From Candidatus Caccoplasma sp. (GTDB lineage: Bacteria > Bacteroidota > Bacteroidia > Bacteroidales > G3-4614), in assembly GCA_045613905.1 (NCBI GenBank), contig JAZLBW010000045.1:9647-73646 (forward strand): a stretch of DNA of 64,000 nt. Reading direction: 5' to 3'. This document shows, one piece after another, positions 9,600-23,100 of the stretch. The position numbers were made by a program, and so were the translations under genes. Below the pieces are notes generated by a model. That model saw only the letters and a list, made by a program, of their open reading frames with translations, was not told the DNA's origin and made no database searches. The stretch's first letter is position 1; every line of letters begins with the position of its first letter.

Positions 9600-11186
9600 T
9601 TAGTTTTTAGGAGGATAATCTATTGTGTAGTGCAATCCCACGCTCTCCTTGCGAGCCATGGCTTGTTTTATAATCAGATAGCCAACATTTATTTTATTAC
9701 GCAATTCGCATATCTGACTTGTAACAACCGAACGCTGGAAGAGATTCTCGGTCTCCTTATAGAGAATATTCAACCTATCCAATGCTCGTTGAAGACGCAA
9801 ATCAGAACGCACGATTCCTACATATGCCGACATCAACTGCTCAACCTCTCGCAGACTTTGTGTTATCAAAACCATCTCCTCGGGCTGGGTTGTGCCTTCG
9901 TCGTTCCAAGCAGGAACATCCTCTCTGAGTTCTATATTTTTTATTGCCTCCACAGCATGTTTTGCTGCTGCATCGGCATAAACAACTGCTTCAATCAATG
10001 AATTGGATGCCAAGCGGTTACCTCCGTGCAATCCTGTGCAGGCACACTCTCCGAATGCATATAGATTCTTTATTGAAGAACATGCGTTCAAATCAACCTT
10101 TATTCCTCCACACAGATAGTGTGCGGCAGGAGCTACAGGTATGTAATCCTTGGTTATATCTATACCTAACGATAGGCACTTGCTGTATATATTTGGGAAG
10201 TGAGATTTTGTCTCCTCTGCATCCTTATGGGTTACATCGAGATATACGCACTCATCTCCTCGAGTTTTCATTTCATTGTCTATGGCACGAGCCACAATGT
10301 CGCGAGGTGCAAGAGATTTACGCTCATCATACTTCTGCATAAACTCCTTGCCATCTTTTGTTCGCAACACTCCTCCATAACCACGCATTGCCTCGGTTAT
10401 CAAGAAGCTTGGTCGCTCTCCCGGATTGTATAGGGCTGTTGGATGAAATTGGATGAACTCCATGTCGCTAACCTCTCCTTTTGCTCGATATACCATTGCT
10501 ATTCCGTCACCTGTGGCTACCGTTGGATTTGTTGTGGTTTTATATACATTACCCACTCCTCCTGTTGCAATGATTGTGGTTTTTGAGAGGAAAGTATCTA
10601 CCCTGTTTGTCTCTTGATTCAACACATACACTCCATAACATGTTATGTCGGGAGTTTGACGTGTCACCTCAACTCCAAGATGGTGTTGAGTAATGAGTTC
10701 TACAGCAAAATTATTCTCGAACAGCTCTATTTTTGGATGACGTTTTATAGCTCTTATCAAACTGTCTTGTATCTCCTGTCCCGTATTGTCTCTATGGTGT
10801 AAAATACGAAATTCTGAGTGTCCTCCCTCACGGTGAAGGTCAAAACGACCCTTTTCGTCACGGTCAAAATTTACACCCCAATTTACCAACTCCTCAATTT
10901 GAGCGGGAGCTTCTCGCACAACTTTCTCAACGGCATCTCTGTTACACAGTCCTCCGCCGCAAATAAGCGTATCTTCAATGTGTTTTTCAAAGTTATCGGT
11001 GGGTTTGGTTACCGATGCTATTCCTCCCTGTGCATAAAAGGTATTTGCCTCCGAAATCCCTGTTTTACATATTATTCCTACCCTGCCTTTTTCTGCTACT
11101 TTTAAGGCAAAACTCATTCCGGCTATTCCGGAACCTATCACCAAAAAATCATATTTGTAAACCATATCGCATATTTTATGCGGCAA
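9600..11186 (-). CDS. nadB: L-aspartate oxidase
   Basis: 528 aa. N-terminal FAD fold DFLVIGSGIAG, plus fumarate reductase/succinate dehydrogenase flavoprotein-like blocks (HPTAL, GGLHGANRLASNSL-like). Confidence 0.9.
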   Translation of the reverse strand: MPHKICDMVYKYDFLVIGSGIAGMSFALKVAEKGRVGIICKTGISEANTFYAQGGIASVTKPTDNFEKHIEDTLICGGGLCNRDAVEKVVREAPAQIEELVNWGVNFDRDEKGRFDLHREGGHSEFRILHHRDNTGQEIQDSLIRAIKRHPKIELFENNFAVELITQHHLGVEVTRQTPDITCYGVYVLNQETNRVDTFLSKTTIIATGGVGNVYKTTTNPTVATGDGIAMVYRAKGEVSDMEFIQFHPTALYNPGERPSFLITEAMRGYGGVLRTKDGKEFMQKYDERKSLAPRDIVARAIDNEMKTRGDECVYLDVTHKDAEETKSHFPNIYSKCLSLGIDITKDYIPVAPAAHYLCGGIKVDLNACSSIKNLYAFGECACTGLHGGNRLASNSLIEAVVYADAAAKHAVEAIKNIELREDVPAWNDEGTTQPEEMVLITQSLREVEQLMSAYVGIVRSDLRLQRALDRLNILYKETENLFQRSVVTSQICELRNKINVGYLIIKQAMARKESVGLHYTIDYPPKN

Positions 11187-11207
11187 CCTTGCGTAACCGT
11201 TATATGA

Positions 11208-12221
11208 TTACTTTAGCCAACCATTCTCTTTATACCACGCTATACACTCGTTTACGCCCTTTTCAAGGTCATAATCTGCAACGAATCCAAGATCATTTTT
11301 GGCTTTTGACGTGTCGCAGGTCCAATTTCGCTGTTTTAATATTTGATATTTATCCCTGTTCAATACAGGTATTTTTTTGCTCCTCGCAAATTTTTCAGAT
11401 ATATTACACACAAATTCACACAAACCAAGTGGCACTGTTATTGGCAATAACATCTTCTTACCAAGGGCTTTTGCCACCAACTGTCCAAATTCTTTTTGTG
11501 TATAATACTCTACTCCATCGGTAAGGAAGTATCCCTCGCCATCTCGTCCTTTCGCGAGGGCGAGGAATACTGCTTTTACCAAATCTTTCACATATATAAA
11601 TGTAAGATATTGAGGTTCAAATCCCACTGTTATGTCCAATCCTCTCTTGATGAGTTTTACCATCTCGAAATAGTCCTTCTCTCTTGGACCATACACCCCT
11701 GTGGGGCGCAATGCCACAAAAGGGAAACCTTTAAGAGAACGCAAATAGAGTTCACCTCTGAATTTGCTTCTTCCGTATGCCGACGACGGATATGGATGTT
11801 CCTTGTCGTTTATATCATAAAGTTCTTTTGTGTCTGAACGCCATGCACTCAAACTACTCATATATACAAACTTCTCGGGAACGTTACCTGTTGAGATAAG
11901 AGCATCTACGAATATTCGCAAATATGCATAGTTTATCTTGTCAAACATAAAATGGTTCAAAGCCTTTGTCACACCCATGTTGTGAACAATGTAGTCCCAC
12001 TTCCCGTTCGTTTTGACAAACTCGGTTATCTCCTCTGCAAGTTTCTCTCTATTTGCAAAATCGAGTGTTATAAAGTTAATTCTTTCGTCTTGCAAATATT
12101 CAAGATTAGTTGAAGAGCGCACACCTGCATAAACCTCAAATCCTCTTTTGAGGGCCTCTTCAACCAAATAACTGCCTATAAATCCTCCGGCTCCGGTAAT
12201 TAAAATCTTTTTCCTCATCAA
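11208..12221 (-). CDS. NAD-dependent epimerase/dehydratase family (extended SDR) protein
   Basis: 337 aa with the ILITGAGGFIGS Rossmann motif and a YxxxK-type block (YGRSK). Confidence 0.8.
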   Translation of the reverse strand: MMRKKILITGAGGFIGSYLVEEALKRGFEVYAGVRSSTNLEYLQDERINFITLDFANREKLAEEITEFVKTNGKWDYIVHNMGVTKALNHFMFDKINYAYLRIFVDALISTGNVPEKFVYMSSLSAWRSDTKELYDINDKEHPYPSSAYGRSKFRGELYLRSLKGFPFVALRPTGVYGPREKDYFEMVKLIKRGLDITVGFEPQYLTFIYVKDLVKAVFLALAKGRDGEGYFLTDGVEYYTQKEFGQLVAKALGKKMLLPITVPLGLCEFVCNISEKFARSKKIPVLNRDKYQILKQRNWTCDTSKAKNDLGFVADYDLEKGVNECIAWYKENGWLK

Positions 12222-12258
12222 TCAGAATCAAATAAATCCTTTGCCTATTGCCTTACTA

Positions 12259-13068
12259 TTATAGCAATGAATCGGGATTTAAGTTCTCTTTTTCAATATC
12301 TTTGAAATATTTGTATGTACCAACTGTCAATTCAGCAGTTGCATCTTCGTCACAAACGATAATGCTCTTCTCGTGTTGTTGCAATGCGCTGATTGTCCAC
12401 ATTTGAGATACACTACCCTCTACTCCATGTTTAAGAGCGCGAGCTTTGTTGTGTCCGTTTACAATAATCAATACGCTTTTTGCTGACATGATTGTACCTA
12501 CTCCTACAGTCAACGCTGTTTTGGGAACTTTGTTTACATCGTTCTCAAAGAAACGTGAGTTTGCGATGATTGTATCTGTTGTAAGAGTTTTGATTCTTGT
12601 GCGTGATGTCAAAGATGAACCTGGCTCGTTGAATGCGATGTGTCCGTCAGGTCCGATACCGCCCAAGAACAAATCAATACCACCCAATTTTGCAATTTTC
12701 TCCTCGTAAGCTTTGCACTCTGCTTCAGGATCCTCTGCATTTCCATTAAGAATATTTACATTCTCAGGATTGATGTCGATGTGATTAAAGAAGTTGTTCC
12801 ACATGAACGAGTGGTAACTTTGTGGATGCTCTTTAGGAAGACCAATATACTCATCCATATTGAATGTGATTACGTTTTTGAACGACACAACACCTTTTTT
12901 GTTCAACTCAATAAGAGCTTTGTACATTCCAAGAGGTGATGAACCTGTTGGCAATCCTAAAATAAATGGTTTCTCCGCTGTGGGATTAAATGCATTGATG
13001 CGAGATGCTACATAGTTTGCAGCCCAACGTGATACGTTCTCGTAATCGGGTTGAATAATAAGTCTCAT
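12259..13068 (-). CDS. nagB: Glucosamine-6-phosphate deaminase
   Basis: 269 aa with canonical NagB blocks: [30 protein letters not shown]. Confidence 0.92.
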   Translation of the reverse strand: MRLIIQPDYENVSRWAANYVASRINAFNPTAEKPFILGLPTGSSPLGMYKALIELNKKGVVSFKNVITFNMDEYIGLPKEHPQSYHSFMWNNFFNHIDINPENVNILNGNAEDPEAECKAYEEKIAKLGGIDLFLGGIGPDGHIAFNEPGSSLTSRTRIKTLTTDTIIANSRFFENDVNKVPKTALTVGVGTIMSAKSVLIIVNGHNKARALKHGVEGSVSQMWTISALQQHEKSIIVCDEDATAELTVGTYKYFKDIEKENLNPDSLL

Positions 13069-13307
13069 AATCGTTTAATTTTTTATGGTTGTTTTTAAAT
13101 AGTTTATCGCAAATCGATATTGGTAATATATGCGTAATATGTGGAGATATTTTCACACATAAAAACACACCACACCGCTTAAAGTACAAAGGTATAAATT
13201 AAAATTATAAAGAGAGGGATATTTATGATACTATTTTATGAATTTTGACTCAAATTTTCAAGTTTTGTATTTTTTACAATTATACATCAAATTTTACATG
13301 AAAAAGT

Positions 13308-13338
13308 TTTGAATTCCTTTTTTTAACGTATAACTTTG
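13308..13338 (+). promoter_or_regulatory. Candidate promoter (-33 TTTG / -7 TAACTTTG) for the long NagB-like gene
   Basis: TTTG at 13308..13311 and TAACTTTG at 13331..13338 with 19-nt spacing; 59 nt upstream of the ATG at 13397. Confidence 0.45.
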
Positions 13339-13396
13339 CTAATTGCATATGATATTTTTTTTCGAAAAAATTTTCTAACTAAATATTGAAAGAATT

Positions 13397-15370
13397 ATGA
13401 AAACTAATTTGAGCTCTCAAATTAAATTAGACAGAGTTCCAAAAAGATATTATGCTCCGGATAATGTCATAGAACTTACTGCTTTATCTCGATTTGAGAA
13501 AGTTTTTACAGAGGTGTTTGAGAGTGCTGACGGCGGTGCTGCTCACGTGGCAAAAAAAATTGCCGCCATTATCGAAAAATGCAATGATGAGAATCGCAAA
13601 TGCGTTATGGCTTTGGGTTGGGGATTGGGAACCCACTCGGTTTACAACGAATTGGTTGAGATGCACAAAGCCAACGGATTTAGTTTTGCAAATACCGTAA
13701 TTTTCAATGTCAGCGACTTCTATTCTGCAGATGAAGGAGAGAAAAGTACATTAAGCGTACTAAAAGAGAACTTTATCGACAAAGTTGATATCAATCCCGA
13801 AAATGTGTTTACTCCCAAAACAGGCGAGAATGTGTTTGAATATTGCAAGCAATACGAAGAGACCATTGCCAAATTCGGAGGATTGGATATTACTCTTCTT
13901 GAACTTGGACAAACAGGCGCACTATCTTTCAATGAGCCAGGTTCTCAATTGAGCTCTACCACTCGTTTGATGTTATTGAGCAACGAATCTCAAAATCTTG
14001 TATCAAGAGTGTTCCAAACTAACGACAAACGTATTACAAGTGCAATAACAATGGGAGTATCTACCCTATTGAATGCGAAAGAGACCTTTGTTGTGGCATG
14101 GGGCGAAGAGGTTGCATCGAGCCTTAAGAATGCTGTTGAAGGAGCCGTTTCGGATGCTGTTCCTGCAAGTTTCTTGCAAACTGTAAAACGCGCACGTTTT
14201 GTTGTTGACCTTGCCGCAGCAGAGAAACTTACTCGCATAAGCAAACCTTGGTTGGTTTCATCATGCGAATGGACCGACCAACTTATCCGCAGAGCTATTG
14301 TTTGGTTGTGCAACGAAACAAACAAGCCTATTCTAAAACTTACAAACAAAGATTATAACGACCACGGATTGAGCGAATTGCTTGCTCTATACAAATCGGC
14401 ATACGAAGTTAACATAAAAATCTTCAACGATTTGCAACACACCATTACAGGATGGCCAGGAGGCAAACCCGACACTGACGACACATATCGTCCCGAGCGT
14501 GCCAAACCATATCCCAAAAAGGTTATCGTATTCAGCCCTCACCCCGATGATGATGTTATCTCCATGGGAGGAACTCTTCAACGTTTGGTAAACCAAAAAC
14601 ATGACGTTCACGTTGCATACGAGACATCGGGTAATATTGCTGTTGGCGATGAGGATATGATGCGTTACGTTTTGCTTATGAACAGCATTGCAGAAGAGTT
14701 TGAGTTTGCAACTCCCGGAATCAAAGAGCGTCTTGATGCCATCACAGCTTCTGTTGCCTCCAAAAAAGATGGAGACATGGATATTCCTGAGGCTCGCTAC
14801 ATGAAGGGAATGATTCGTAGAGCAGAGGCTCGCACAGCATGCTCTTACGTTGGCGTTAAACCTGAAAATGTTCACTTCCTTGCACTTCCTTTCTACGAAA
14901 CAGGAACAATCAAAAAAGGAACATTAGGCAGAGCCGATGTTGATATTGTCAAAAAACTTCTTCTTGACGTAAAACCCGATCAAATGTTTGTGGCAGGAGA
15001 CCTTGCAGACCCACACGGAACTCACCGAGTTTGTTTGGACGCAGTTTTAGCCGCTATTGACGAGGTTAAAGACGAAGAGTGGATGAAAAACTGTAAAGTA
15101 TGGATGTACCGCGGTGCTTGGGCAGAATGGGATATTGACTATATTGAAATGGCAGTGCCTATCAGCCCTGAGGAGCTTCGCCAAAAACGCAACTCAATTC
15201 TTAAACACCAATCTCAAATGGAGAATGCTCCATTCCTTGGAAACGACGAGCGTTTGTTCTGGCAACGCGCCGAGGACAGAAACAAAGCAACTGCCGAACT
15301 ATACTCTAAATTAGGCTTGGCTTCGTACGAGGCCATTGAGGCATTTGTTGAGTATCACCCTATACGATAA
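13397..15370 (+). CDS. Long fused protein: NagB-like sugar-phosphate isomerase/deaminase domain plus PIG-L/LmbE-type deacetylase domain
   Basis: 657 aa. The N-terminal half resembles NagB (GxG...FNVSDF...GALSFNEPGS). The C-terminal half has VIVFSPHPDDDVISMGG, the PIG-L/LmbE zinc-deacetylase signature. Confidence 0.8.
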   Translation: MKTNLSSQIKLDRVPKRYYAPDNVIELTALSRFEKVFTEVFESADGGAAHVAKKIAAIIEKCNDENRKCVMALGWGLGTHSVYNELVEMHKANGFSFANTVIFNVSDFYSADEGEKSTLSVLKENFIDKVDINPENVFTPKTGENVFEYCKQYEETIAKFGGLDITLLELGQTGALSFNEPGSQLSSTTRLMLLSNESQNLVSRVFQTNDKRITSAITMGVSTLLNAKETFVVAWGEEVASSLKNAVEGAVSDAVPASFLQTVKRARFVVDLAAAEKLTRISKPWLVSSCEWTDQLIRRAIVWLCNETNKPILKLTNKDYNDHGLSELLALYKSAYEVNIKIFNDLQHTITGWPGGKPDTDDTYRPERAKPYPKKVIVFSPHPDDDVISMGGTLQRLVNQKHDVHVAYETSGNIAVGDEDMMRYVLLMNSIAEEFEFATPGIKERLDAITASVASKKDGDMDIPEARYMKGMIRRAEARTACSYVGVKPENVHFLALPFYETGTIKKGTLGRADVDIVKKLLLDVKPDQMFVAGDLADPHGTHRVCLDAVLAAIDEVKDEEWMKNCKVWMYRGAWAEWDIDYIEMAVPISPEELRQKRNSILKHQSQMENAPFLGNDERLFWQRAEDRNKATAELYSKLGLASYEAIEAFVEYHPIR

Positions 15371-15386
15371 TAGGATAATTAATACA

Positions 15387-15424
15387 AAAGGGGTTGTCTT
15401 TATGTACTATCGACAACCCCTTTT
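15387..15424 (+). terminator. Rho-independent terminator
   Basis: aaaggggttgtc / gacaaccccttt form a 12-bp stem followed by a T-run. Confidence 0.7.
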
Positions 15425-15439
15425 CAATTCAAAAAGAAT

Positions 15440-17020
15440 ATGGAATTTTCTATTAAAGGGAAACTTGTTGACATTGTTAAAGGGGAGATATTCCCTGCCG
15501 AGATAGTAATAGCAGAGGATAAAATCGCATCGATAAAAAGGATAAATGAGAGCGAACTAAATGGCAACGAAAAATACATTATGCCCGGCTTTGTTGACTC
15601 TCATTGCCATATTGAAAGTTCTATGCTCAACCCCATTGAGTTTGGACGTAACGCATTAAAACATGGCACATTGGCTTCGGTAAGCGACCCTCATGAAATT
15701 GCCAACGTTTGTGGTATAGAGGGATTGGATTTTATGTGCAGATGTGCAGAAAAGAGTCCAATGAAGATTTTCTACACTCTGCCTTCGTGCGTACCTGCTG
15801 TTGATTTTGAAATTGCAGGAGGAGTGATTGATGCTGCAACCACAAGCGAACTAATCAAAAGCGACAAATACATTGGTTTGAGCGAAATGATGAATGTTCC
15901 CGGCGTTCTGTATAAAAACCACGAGGTCATTGCTAAATTGGAGGCTGCAAGAAACATTGGCAAACCAATTGACGGGCATGCCCCCGGATTATTAGGCGAG
16001 GCACTGAAACACTACGTCAGAATGGGTATTTCCACCGACCACGAAGTTACAACGTGGAAAGAGGCTGAAGCTAAAATTGCCGAAGGAATGATGATACAGA
16101 TACGCGAAGGAAGCTCGGCAAAATCACTCAATACACTTATTCCCCTTATAGACAAATACCCCAAATCTGTTTCGTTTTGTACCGACGACTACAAAGCCTA
16201 CGACCTGAAAAATGGATACATCAACAGAATGGCTAAAGAGGCGGTAAAAGAGGGATGCAATATATATAATGTATTAAGAGCCGCAACACTCAACGCAGTT
16301 GAACACTACAATCTGCCGCTCGGATTATTGAGAGAGGGAGATGATGCAGACTTTATAATAGTAAACAACCTCTCGGATTTTGAGGTTGAGGCTTCATATA
16401 TTAAAGGGGAAGAGGTATCTCACCTTGAATACACCCCCATTGATGAGAGCGTAAATAATTTTGAAGCAGAAAATATAGAGGTTTCTGATATACCCGAGCC
16501 TGACCTTAATCACATTATAGGCATTGTACAGGACTCGCTATACACAAGACACCTGACCATAAATGATGTTACTGAGAGATTAAATAAGATTATCTGCTAT
16601 AACAGATATCATAAGGGGGCAAAACCCGCCTCTGCTCTTATAGAGGGACTGAATTTAAGACATGGAGCTTTTGGCTCGACCGTAGGTCACGACAGCCACA
16701 ATATAACAGTTGCAGGATATGACAATGAGTCTATTGCAAAGGTCGTGGATGCTATTGTTGAGATGAAGGGAGGAATGGCTGTTTGGGACGGAACAGAGAT
16801 ATATACCCTACCTCTACCTGTGGGAGGGCTGATGTCAAACAATTCTATTGATGATGTTTCGGAAGAGTATCTTGTCCTACACAATAAGATTAAGGAATTG
16901 GGATGTCCGCTGACATCTCCCCTCATGACTTTGGCATTTATGTCATTGCCCGTAATACCTGCACTCAAATTAACTGCAAGCGGACTGTTTGATGTAGATA
17001 AATTTGAGTTTATAAAGTAA
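15440..17020 (+). CDS. ade: Adenine deaminase (amidohydrolase superfamily)
   Basis: 526 aa with the PGFVDSHCHIESS metal-binding motif and DGHAPG, characteristic of adenine deaminases. Confidence 0.85.
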   Translation: MEFSIKGKLVDIVKGEIFPAEIVIAEDKIASIKRINESELNGNEKYIMPGFVDSHCHIESSMLNPIEFGRNALKHGTLASVSDPHEIANVCGIEGLDFMCRCAEKSPMKIFYTLPSCVPAVDFEIAGGVIDAATTSELIKSDKYIGLSEMMNVPGVLYKNHEVIAKLEAARNIGKPIDGHAPGLLGEALKHYVRMGISTDHEVTTWKEAEAKIAEGMMIQIREGSSAKSLNTLIPLIDKYPKSVSFCTDDYKAYDLKNGYINRMAKEAVKEGCNIYNVLRAATLNAVEHYNLPLGLLREGDDADFIIVNNLSDFEVEASYIKGEEVSHLEYTPIDESVNNFEAENIEVSDIPEPDLNHIIGIVQDSLYTRHLTINDVTERLNKIICYNRYHKGAKPASALIEGLNLRHGAFGSTVGHDSHNITVAGYDNESIAKVVDAIVEMKGGMAVWDGTEIYTLPLPVGGLMSNNSIDDVSEEYLVLHNKIKELGCPLTSPLMTLAFMSLPVIPALKLTASGLFDVDKFEFIK

Positions 17021-17040
17021 TCTTAAACCGACGTAAACAT

Positions 17041-17073
17041 AAAGGGGAGTCAGATCACTGTGACTCCCCTTTT
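17041..17073. terminator. Terminator hairpin between convergent ade and gyrB
   Basis: aaaggggagtca / tgactccccttt form a 12-bp perfect stem with an 8-nt loop. Confidence 0.7.
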
Positions 17074-17093
17074 CGTGTTATATATCGTTTGTA

Positions 17094-19070
<1,977 letters not shown>

Positions 19071-19294
19071 TTACTCTGAATACATAGCCTAAAGCCATGC
19101 TTAATACCAATGTGCCACTTCTTACTTCAAGAGACAATACACACAAATACAAAGATAGTTATTTTATTGCAAAATAGCAAGAAAAAAGGTACCGTTTTTT
19201 AACAAAAACCGACACCTTCTCCCTCATATATCAATATTAGCATCCTCCACTTTTTAAGTATGCGTAATTTTACATTAAAAAAAGAGTTTACATA

Positions 19295-20170
19295 TTAAAA
19301 ACCAAATGAATAGCGAACCAACAGACCTATTGCAAATGTTCTTATCTTATCGCTCGTCACAGCCATTCTCTCGTTGCCATTCTGCACATTTGCGCTCCAC
19401 ATCGGAGTATAATAGAATTCTCCTCCTCTATATTGCAATTGTGGAGTCAATTCGGAACGTTTATAGAGCGGTCCGAATCCATACTCACCATGGAGACCAA
19501 GATAGAGCAGATACTGTTCGTTCCATTCCCATGTCCAACCCAATTCAGCACACAGCGATGTGTTAAATTTCATTTTGTAGCTCCTGTCAACTTCTGTATT
19601 GTAGTATGAGCCAAATCCATGTTGTGGCAAATTGGTGTATGTTACATTTTCAAGGGGGAAATATCCCTTTGTTGTAAGCTCCTCAAAATATATTTCGCTT
19701 CCTGCCTTCACAGGAACTCCAAACTTGGCTCCTACCCTTATATAAAAGCCACTGTCAAACCTATATTGAGCATATATGGGGACGTTTATATATAGGGCTC
19801 TTTGACGCTCCTCAAAATTTTTATAGACATAGGAGAATGTCATTAGATCGGCATTGCCCGACATCAACGAATTCGCCTCGGTTTGATATGAATCTGAGAA
19901 GTTGTCAAACCTTAGAGAAGATTGGTACAATTTTAACTCTCCTCCTATTCCGACACTCCAATTCCAATCGATGTTATATTGATATTTTATTGCAGCAGAG
20001 GTTCCTGCCATGGCTCTACAATCACCCAAATTGGTTTCGTAGGCAAAGGCAGATGCTCCACCTGTCAGTTCCAACGTAATGTTGTTGCGGATGTTTTGAG
20101 CCACACTCGCAAAAGCGGGGAGCATAAGAAAAACGATATACAGAAATAACCTTTTCATATTATCTGACAA
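19295..20170 (-). CDS. Predicted outer-membrane beta-barrel protein
   Basis: Signal peptide MKRLFLYIVFLMLPAFASVAQ, alternating aromatic/hydrophilic strands, and a C-terminal ...LVRYSFGF aromatic terminus. The more likely start is the ATG at 20158, 1 nt after the upstream protease stop. Confidence 0.5.
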   Translation of the reverse strand: MSDNMKRLFLYIVFLMLPAFASVAQNIRNNITLELTGGASAFAYETNLGDCRAMAGTSAAIKYQYNIDWNWSVGIGGELKLYQSSLRFDNFSDSYQTEANSLMSGNADLMTFSYVYKNFEERQRALYINVPIYAQYRFDSGFYIRVGAKFGVPVKAGSEIYFEELTTKGYFPLENVTYTNLPQHGFGSYYNTEVDRSYKMKFNTSLCAELGWTWEWNEQYLLYLGLHGEYGFGPLYKRSELTPQLQYRGGEFYYTPMWSANVQNGNERMAVTSDKIRTFAIGLLVRYSFGF

Positions 20171-23100
20171 TAAATTTCAGGCTCTTTGCAGTTCCGTTTG
20201 AAAGAACTACATTGACTATGTATGTACCCGACACCTGCGGAGCTGTTATTATGTTTTCGCCCAAGGTTAGGTTTAACGGTTGAACCTGACCCGACAGATT
20301 AGAGAGTGTTGCATACACTGTTGTTGATTGCGGTACTGTTATGTTTAACGTTATCTTCTCACCTCGCTCAACAATGTTCGGATATAGCAATATGCCGCTA
20401 TCGATAACATCGAAACTCATATCACAGCTTCTCAACTCTACCCCCTCATCTGTAACAACCTTTACAGAAACAAGGTCGTTGACACCAACTCCATTCGGAA
20501 TTGTTATGTAAGGCTCGTTACCATCCAACTCCTCGCCATTGAGATACCAAGTGTATTCGACAAAATTCATTGCCCCGTTATAATCGGGATTGTTATTTAC
20601 GGCAAGCACATCATCCCAACGCTTTACCAATATCTCCGAAGGGAGCTTATACAGGGCCAATTCATACTCATTTCGGCTCTCTCCGCTCTCCGAAATTACC
20701 GTAATGGGCAATATATACTTACCTCCAAGCGATATATCCTCAACATATTCACCACCCTCTACCCCATTGATTACAATCACTCCGTTATTATTAGCTGTAA
20801 CAACAACCTCGGCAATATCGTTTGAGCAGGTAGCCGAATAGATAAATTTTCCTCCTCTCTCTTCATCAAGTTTTATTCCGTTAACCACGACATCCTCTAT
20901 CTGCGAAGAGAAACTCTTTTCGCTCAAATGGAATGAGTGCGGCATACTCGAACAAATCTCTCCATCCTTATACTCTGCCTCCAAGCGATATTCGTATGTT
21001 GTTCCTTTGGCAAGGTTTCGATCGGTATGTTTGCTTGTCATTCCCGACAAAGTTGTCAACAACTCCTCATCGCGATAGAGTCTGTATCTCACGGGGCGTT
21101 CAAATGCAACAGGCACGGAAGAATAGAGTGTCATATCGCCAAATTCGCTGACCGGCTCAACTCCCTTATATCCTTCAGAAGGGGGAGAGAGTATGGCCTT
21201 AAGGGCAATATTCCCCTTTGTGTCCAAGCCATGCCATTCGTACCCATCTGTAGAGACTATATTCCCCTTACCCTCAACTATTTTATCTCTATCCGTCGCC
21301 ACTAAGTAGCCACTACCGCTATTTACCCTTAACGTGCAATACAGAGGCGCGTTGTCGCTTACCACAAATTCCTTATCAAGGGTTATCGATACCTTTTTGT
21401 CAACCGAATAAGTTGGGATTGATTGAGTGTATATATTCGTTCCCTGTCTGATATAGAGAGTGTAATTTACATTTGCCAAGCAAGTTGTTTCAACTCTTTT
21501 TATCACATAGCCTGTTAATCCCGACAAATCAGAATCGCTCCACATCTGTCCGAAATAGATAGGAAACGAAGTGGTTGCCGTCAATCTATAATTGGCCTCT
21601 CCCGTACCCCAAAATATAGTCTGTTCACTTTGGGGAAGAGTCCAATTCAAAGCAATGCTGTTTTCCGAAACTCTTGTGACTTCCCCTATTTCGGGAGTTA
21701 CCGTAGGAGACTTCACCACTATGCTTTGATTGCTTTTTTCGGTCTCCTGTTTTACGTCGGCATAATATGCCGAGACCTGATATGTATGTTTTCCCGTGTA
21801 TATATTCTCATCCGTAAAAATGTTTGAGACAGGATGCCCTACTATCATACCGTTACGATATACCACATAGTTTGTTGGTGCGTTACTCACAGGCAACCAC
21901 GACAACTCAACTTTGGTGGCATTATCCGTCAGCTTTGCATTTAAACCTTTGGGAGAATCGATAACCTCACCCTTTCGCTTGCCTTGCAGTGTATATGCTC
22001 CACTATTTACAGGGTCGAGATACTTTGATACATAAGCCCAAAATCGTTGAAACTTTCCATAATAATTTGTCCCTAAAGTGTTTGAACAAGAGGAATTTCC
22101 TCCCGTCAAAGACCCGACTACCAATTTCCCCTGATTAAATAGCGGAGACCCCGACGAACCTCCCTCTGTAACAGAAAATCCGTTTGCTGTACGGGTAAAT
22201 CTAACAACCCAATGAGCATTCACTCCTCCTGATGACATCGAGGGCCAAGTATCGCTTACCGCAGGTGAGATGTATGTTGATATTTTCTTTACCGCACCCT
22301 TAGGGTGATGAATAGAGACTCCCTCTTGCGAAGGATTTGTTCCTCTATCCCAACCATTAAAATAGGGTACGATTGATTTGGGAATTTCGGAAGATAGCAA
22401 CAAAAGAGCCTGATCCAACCCCTCGTCGCTACTCAAACTCTTTCCCTCAAGGAATTTACAACCCACAAGGGTTGAACCCTCTTTGACATTATCTCCACCG
22501 CACTCTGTTGCCTCGTAGTTAAAATAGAAGATTGTCTTTTTTAGGTCAATGGCAGATGCCGTATGACCATCACCCTCTAAACAGTGAAATGCTGTATAAA
22601 TATATGGAGTGAAATCCTCAGCGGTGTTGTTCAAAAACGTAGAGGTACACATATATGAGTAGTTTCCTATTGTGGTTACCATCTTCACCACGCCATCCTT
22701 CTCATCTTTCCAATCCTCTCCCTCGCTACATACGACATCCACCATACAACTCAACTTTGAATCGGACGCCACTTTTAAGTTTTTATAACCGTAACATATC
22801 TTTTCCACCTCAATTTGAGGAGTCTCTGTCGGAGAGGCAGGGACATACTCCAAAATAAGGTTATCTCCCGCTACAAACTCTGTTGCAAAAGCTCCTCCTT
22901 CGGGGTTTGTATCAAAGGTATATGCTCCCAATAAATGTGAATGGTCGGAGTTGTAGATATATAGTTTTGCTCCTTGTGGTATCTCAAACTTGGAGTAATA
23001 AAGAGATATTGCCAAAGCTCCCGAAGACTCTATCTTCAAACGGCATATCTTTTCGCCTGACGGCAACTGACACCACTCTCCGTCCTCGGCAAGAGATAGT

